Shown: positions 61,861 to 64,000 of the stretch, piece after piece
Layout: the number at the start of each line of letters is the position of its first letter
Position numbering within the stretch: the first letter of the stretch is position 1
NCBI GenBank assembly: GCA_002633005.1
Contig: NMRA01000604.1
Location: 163,955-227,954 of the forward strand
Reading direction: 5' to 3'
Source of the DNA: Phoronis australis
Lineage: Eukaryota > Animalia > Phoronida
DNA: 64,000 nucleotides
The notes under the pieces: model-generated
The model's database searches: none
Told to the model about the DNA's origin: nothing
What the model saw: only the letters and a program-made list of their open reading frames with translations
Made by a program: the position numbers and the translations under genes

Positions 61861-62758
61861 TTAAAACTAATCAACAAGCTTCATAGTGGATAGAACAATG
61901 TCATATTCTATGTCGTTGCCTACCCTGCATCAAAGAAAGTCAAGTAGATCGTCATGAGTGGGGTTTGTATCTTCGCGATCACGGGTAAGTTTGCTTGTTA
62001 TGTCAGTAAAAACTTGCTAGCGATCCAGATTTGCCATGCCTTCAATTCTCACCAATCCTCATCATTGCAGGTGATGAGGATTTTTTCTCGAGAAACAACT
62101 TGCCTGATGATTTTCCATAACATTTTGGGATTCGTCAGGTTGTTACTTATCATTGAACAGTATCGGGCTCTCCTTGTCTTTGTAATTATTTATTTATTAC
62201 CATTTCACTACAGTTTGTGGCGCTCATAATTGCCGCGTTGCCGTAGACTGATATTGTACACAATTGACAACTGTATCCGATTGCTACAATTGAATGTTTA
62301 CAGGCACCCGGCCATATCAAGTGTTAGTGATTTCGTTTGAACAAACGTAAACCAAACAATGCACCAAAAAACTACATGTACTACTGGACGTTTCCAATTT
62401 GTAAAAATGCATGCAGTTGGTGCCAAGTGAATCTGTGAGGTCATTGTTAGTTTGTTAATATTTTCATCATATTGCGTTTCTTTAGAATGTAACAATTTGA
62501 ACAGTTCCCACCATTCTTAGGTTTACAGGCTTCAGCTAGCTATTATGAAATAAATACTAAGAAATCCAACTTAATAGGCACAAACCTGTTATGTCAATTA
62601 GTCGTAGTTTTTAAAATTTGAAAAAAGTTATACCCTGGTTTCTTCCGGAATGATGTAATAGATGGAAGACGTTTGGTCACTTGACATTCAGTTGCATTGG
62701 CAGAACACAACAGTCCAAAAGACGACTGCGATTTTGAACGAGAACTGGACAGTTATTG

Positions 62759-62761
<3 letters not shown>

Positions 62762-62802
<41 letters not shown>
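62762..62802. repeat. (AG)n microsatellite
   Basis: About 20 AG units. Confidence 0.97.
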
Positions 62803-62806
<4 letters not shown>

Positions 62807-63109
62807 AGAGGATCCCGGCATCCCACTCAAGTACTGTACTCAGTTGAAGAATCTAACTATAAATTCGATTTCACACTTAACGAAATTTTGTCCTCTTTCA
62901 GGACGTATGAACTCGTCCCACGTACACGTACACGAGCAATGATGCTGACACGTGTGAGTCACTGCCAAATGAACCAAAGGCTGATCAATATTCCCAAAGT
63001 GGACATTTAATCATCACTGGCAAATATCACAGTAAACCTGGGTCATTCTCATTCACTATTGCCATGGTGGAAGGACCTTACAGTCTTAACACAGTGCATA
63101 TGATTAAGT

Positions 63110-63455
63110 GTCATAGCACTCAATCTGGGCCGGAGTCGAAGGCCTGGCATCACTCGCCCTAGCACGTAAGCAGCTTGTTCGATACTTAAAAAAATTGCAA
63201 ATACACTTACATGTACAGGTGTCGAGTTCTTCATCGAAGTAATGTCTTTGTCTTTGACGTAACATGACTCATTATAATGTGCCGAATAAAGAGTTGTCCC
63301 GACTGAATCGCATACTATGTTCCTCAAAGTCCTTCTACACTTCCGTGCGGCGCACAAACCGATGGTATTTCTTTGCAGCTTTCAAGTCTTTGAGAAATTT
63401 ACACACAAATACTCAAGGTGCTGTTACTACAGCCTCCAAAATTACATCTTTTCAT
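63110..63455 (-). pseudogene. Decayed THAP zinc-finger domain (transposon-associated)
   Basis: Across frameshifts: MKRCNFGGCSN...KFLKDLKAAKKYHRFVRRT...TLYSAHYNESCY, following the THAP pattern C-x-GCxN...FPKD...W..FV...LCSxHF. Confidence 0.6.
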
Positions 63456-64000
63456 GGCCCCACAACTCCCCAGTATCGCACTGGTAAAAACAACAACGGT
63501 GGAGACGGTCTTTGACCCATTATGTACAACCCCGATAACAGAAAATATACTTTTAATTTTTGCTGACTTGTTTCTTAGCAACAGGAACTTTAAAAGCAAT
63601 TAATTCTCTTAAAATAGATTAATGAAGGTCGTTTTGACAAACAAGGTTATGGTGAGAACTCTTTAAGGATACATGTGCATGTACGACGTTCGGTTTATCG
63701 GAGGTTTTTACTTTGTGAGCATGCGTACGTAAACTTTACGATATCCTCAACTTCCACTTTTTCATGATCCATTGTCTATGAGTGGTGCACCACTGGGGTG
63801 GGTATAAGTAGGCTATAGCCCCACGTTTTTTCATTGCTGCCCCGAAATCTTGAATATACTTCTTCGAGTTTGCGGCTCAATTCTAGGTTTTATCAATAAC
63901 GAAATTTGATTAGAATATCATAAACATAAGTCACAGCATACCTCAGCACAAGCTAAATTAAATACACATGCACATGTCCCTTGTGTTTGCTCAAAACTAG

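Noticed and set aside
62697-63010. ER/RE-repeat ORFs
   Set aside because: Translation of the (AG)n microsatellite.

Overview
AT-rich, intron-rich animal genomic DNA, probably a marine invertebrate, from a draft assembly (N gaps at 38906-39464 and 45758-46232, plus isolated Ns). The left half holds a complete Capicua gene (CIC, long isoform) on the minus strand. I reconstructed 21 phase-consistent GT-AG coding exons from ATG 31937 to TGA 6051 (5796 nt, ~1931 aa), with Tudor-like/N1 region, ATXN1-binding motif, 14-3-3 site, HMG box, C2 and C1 motifs. The HMG-box exons appear twice across a single N, most likely two alleles assembled in tandem. Head-to-head on the plus strand are the first four coding exons of JMJD6 (38124-44934); its catalytic exons are not found in the remaining 19 kb. 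That stretch holds a decayed DNA-transposase relic with a nested, frameshifted L1/Tx1-type LINE and a 5.36-kb TIR element with GCCGACC subterminal repeats. It also holds the last two intact exons of a receptor tyrosine kinase whose upstream exons are absent, a CR1-like RT fragment and a decayed THAP domain. MITE/foldback elements and minisatellites are scattered throughout. No prokaryotic-type systems, tRNA, rRNA or CRISPR arrays were seen.
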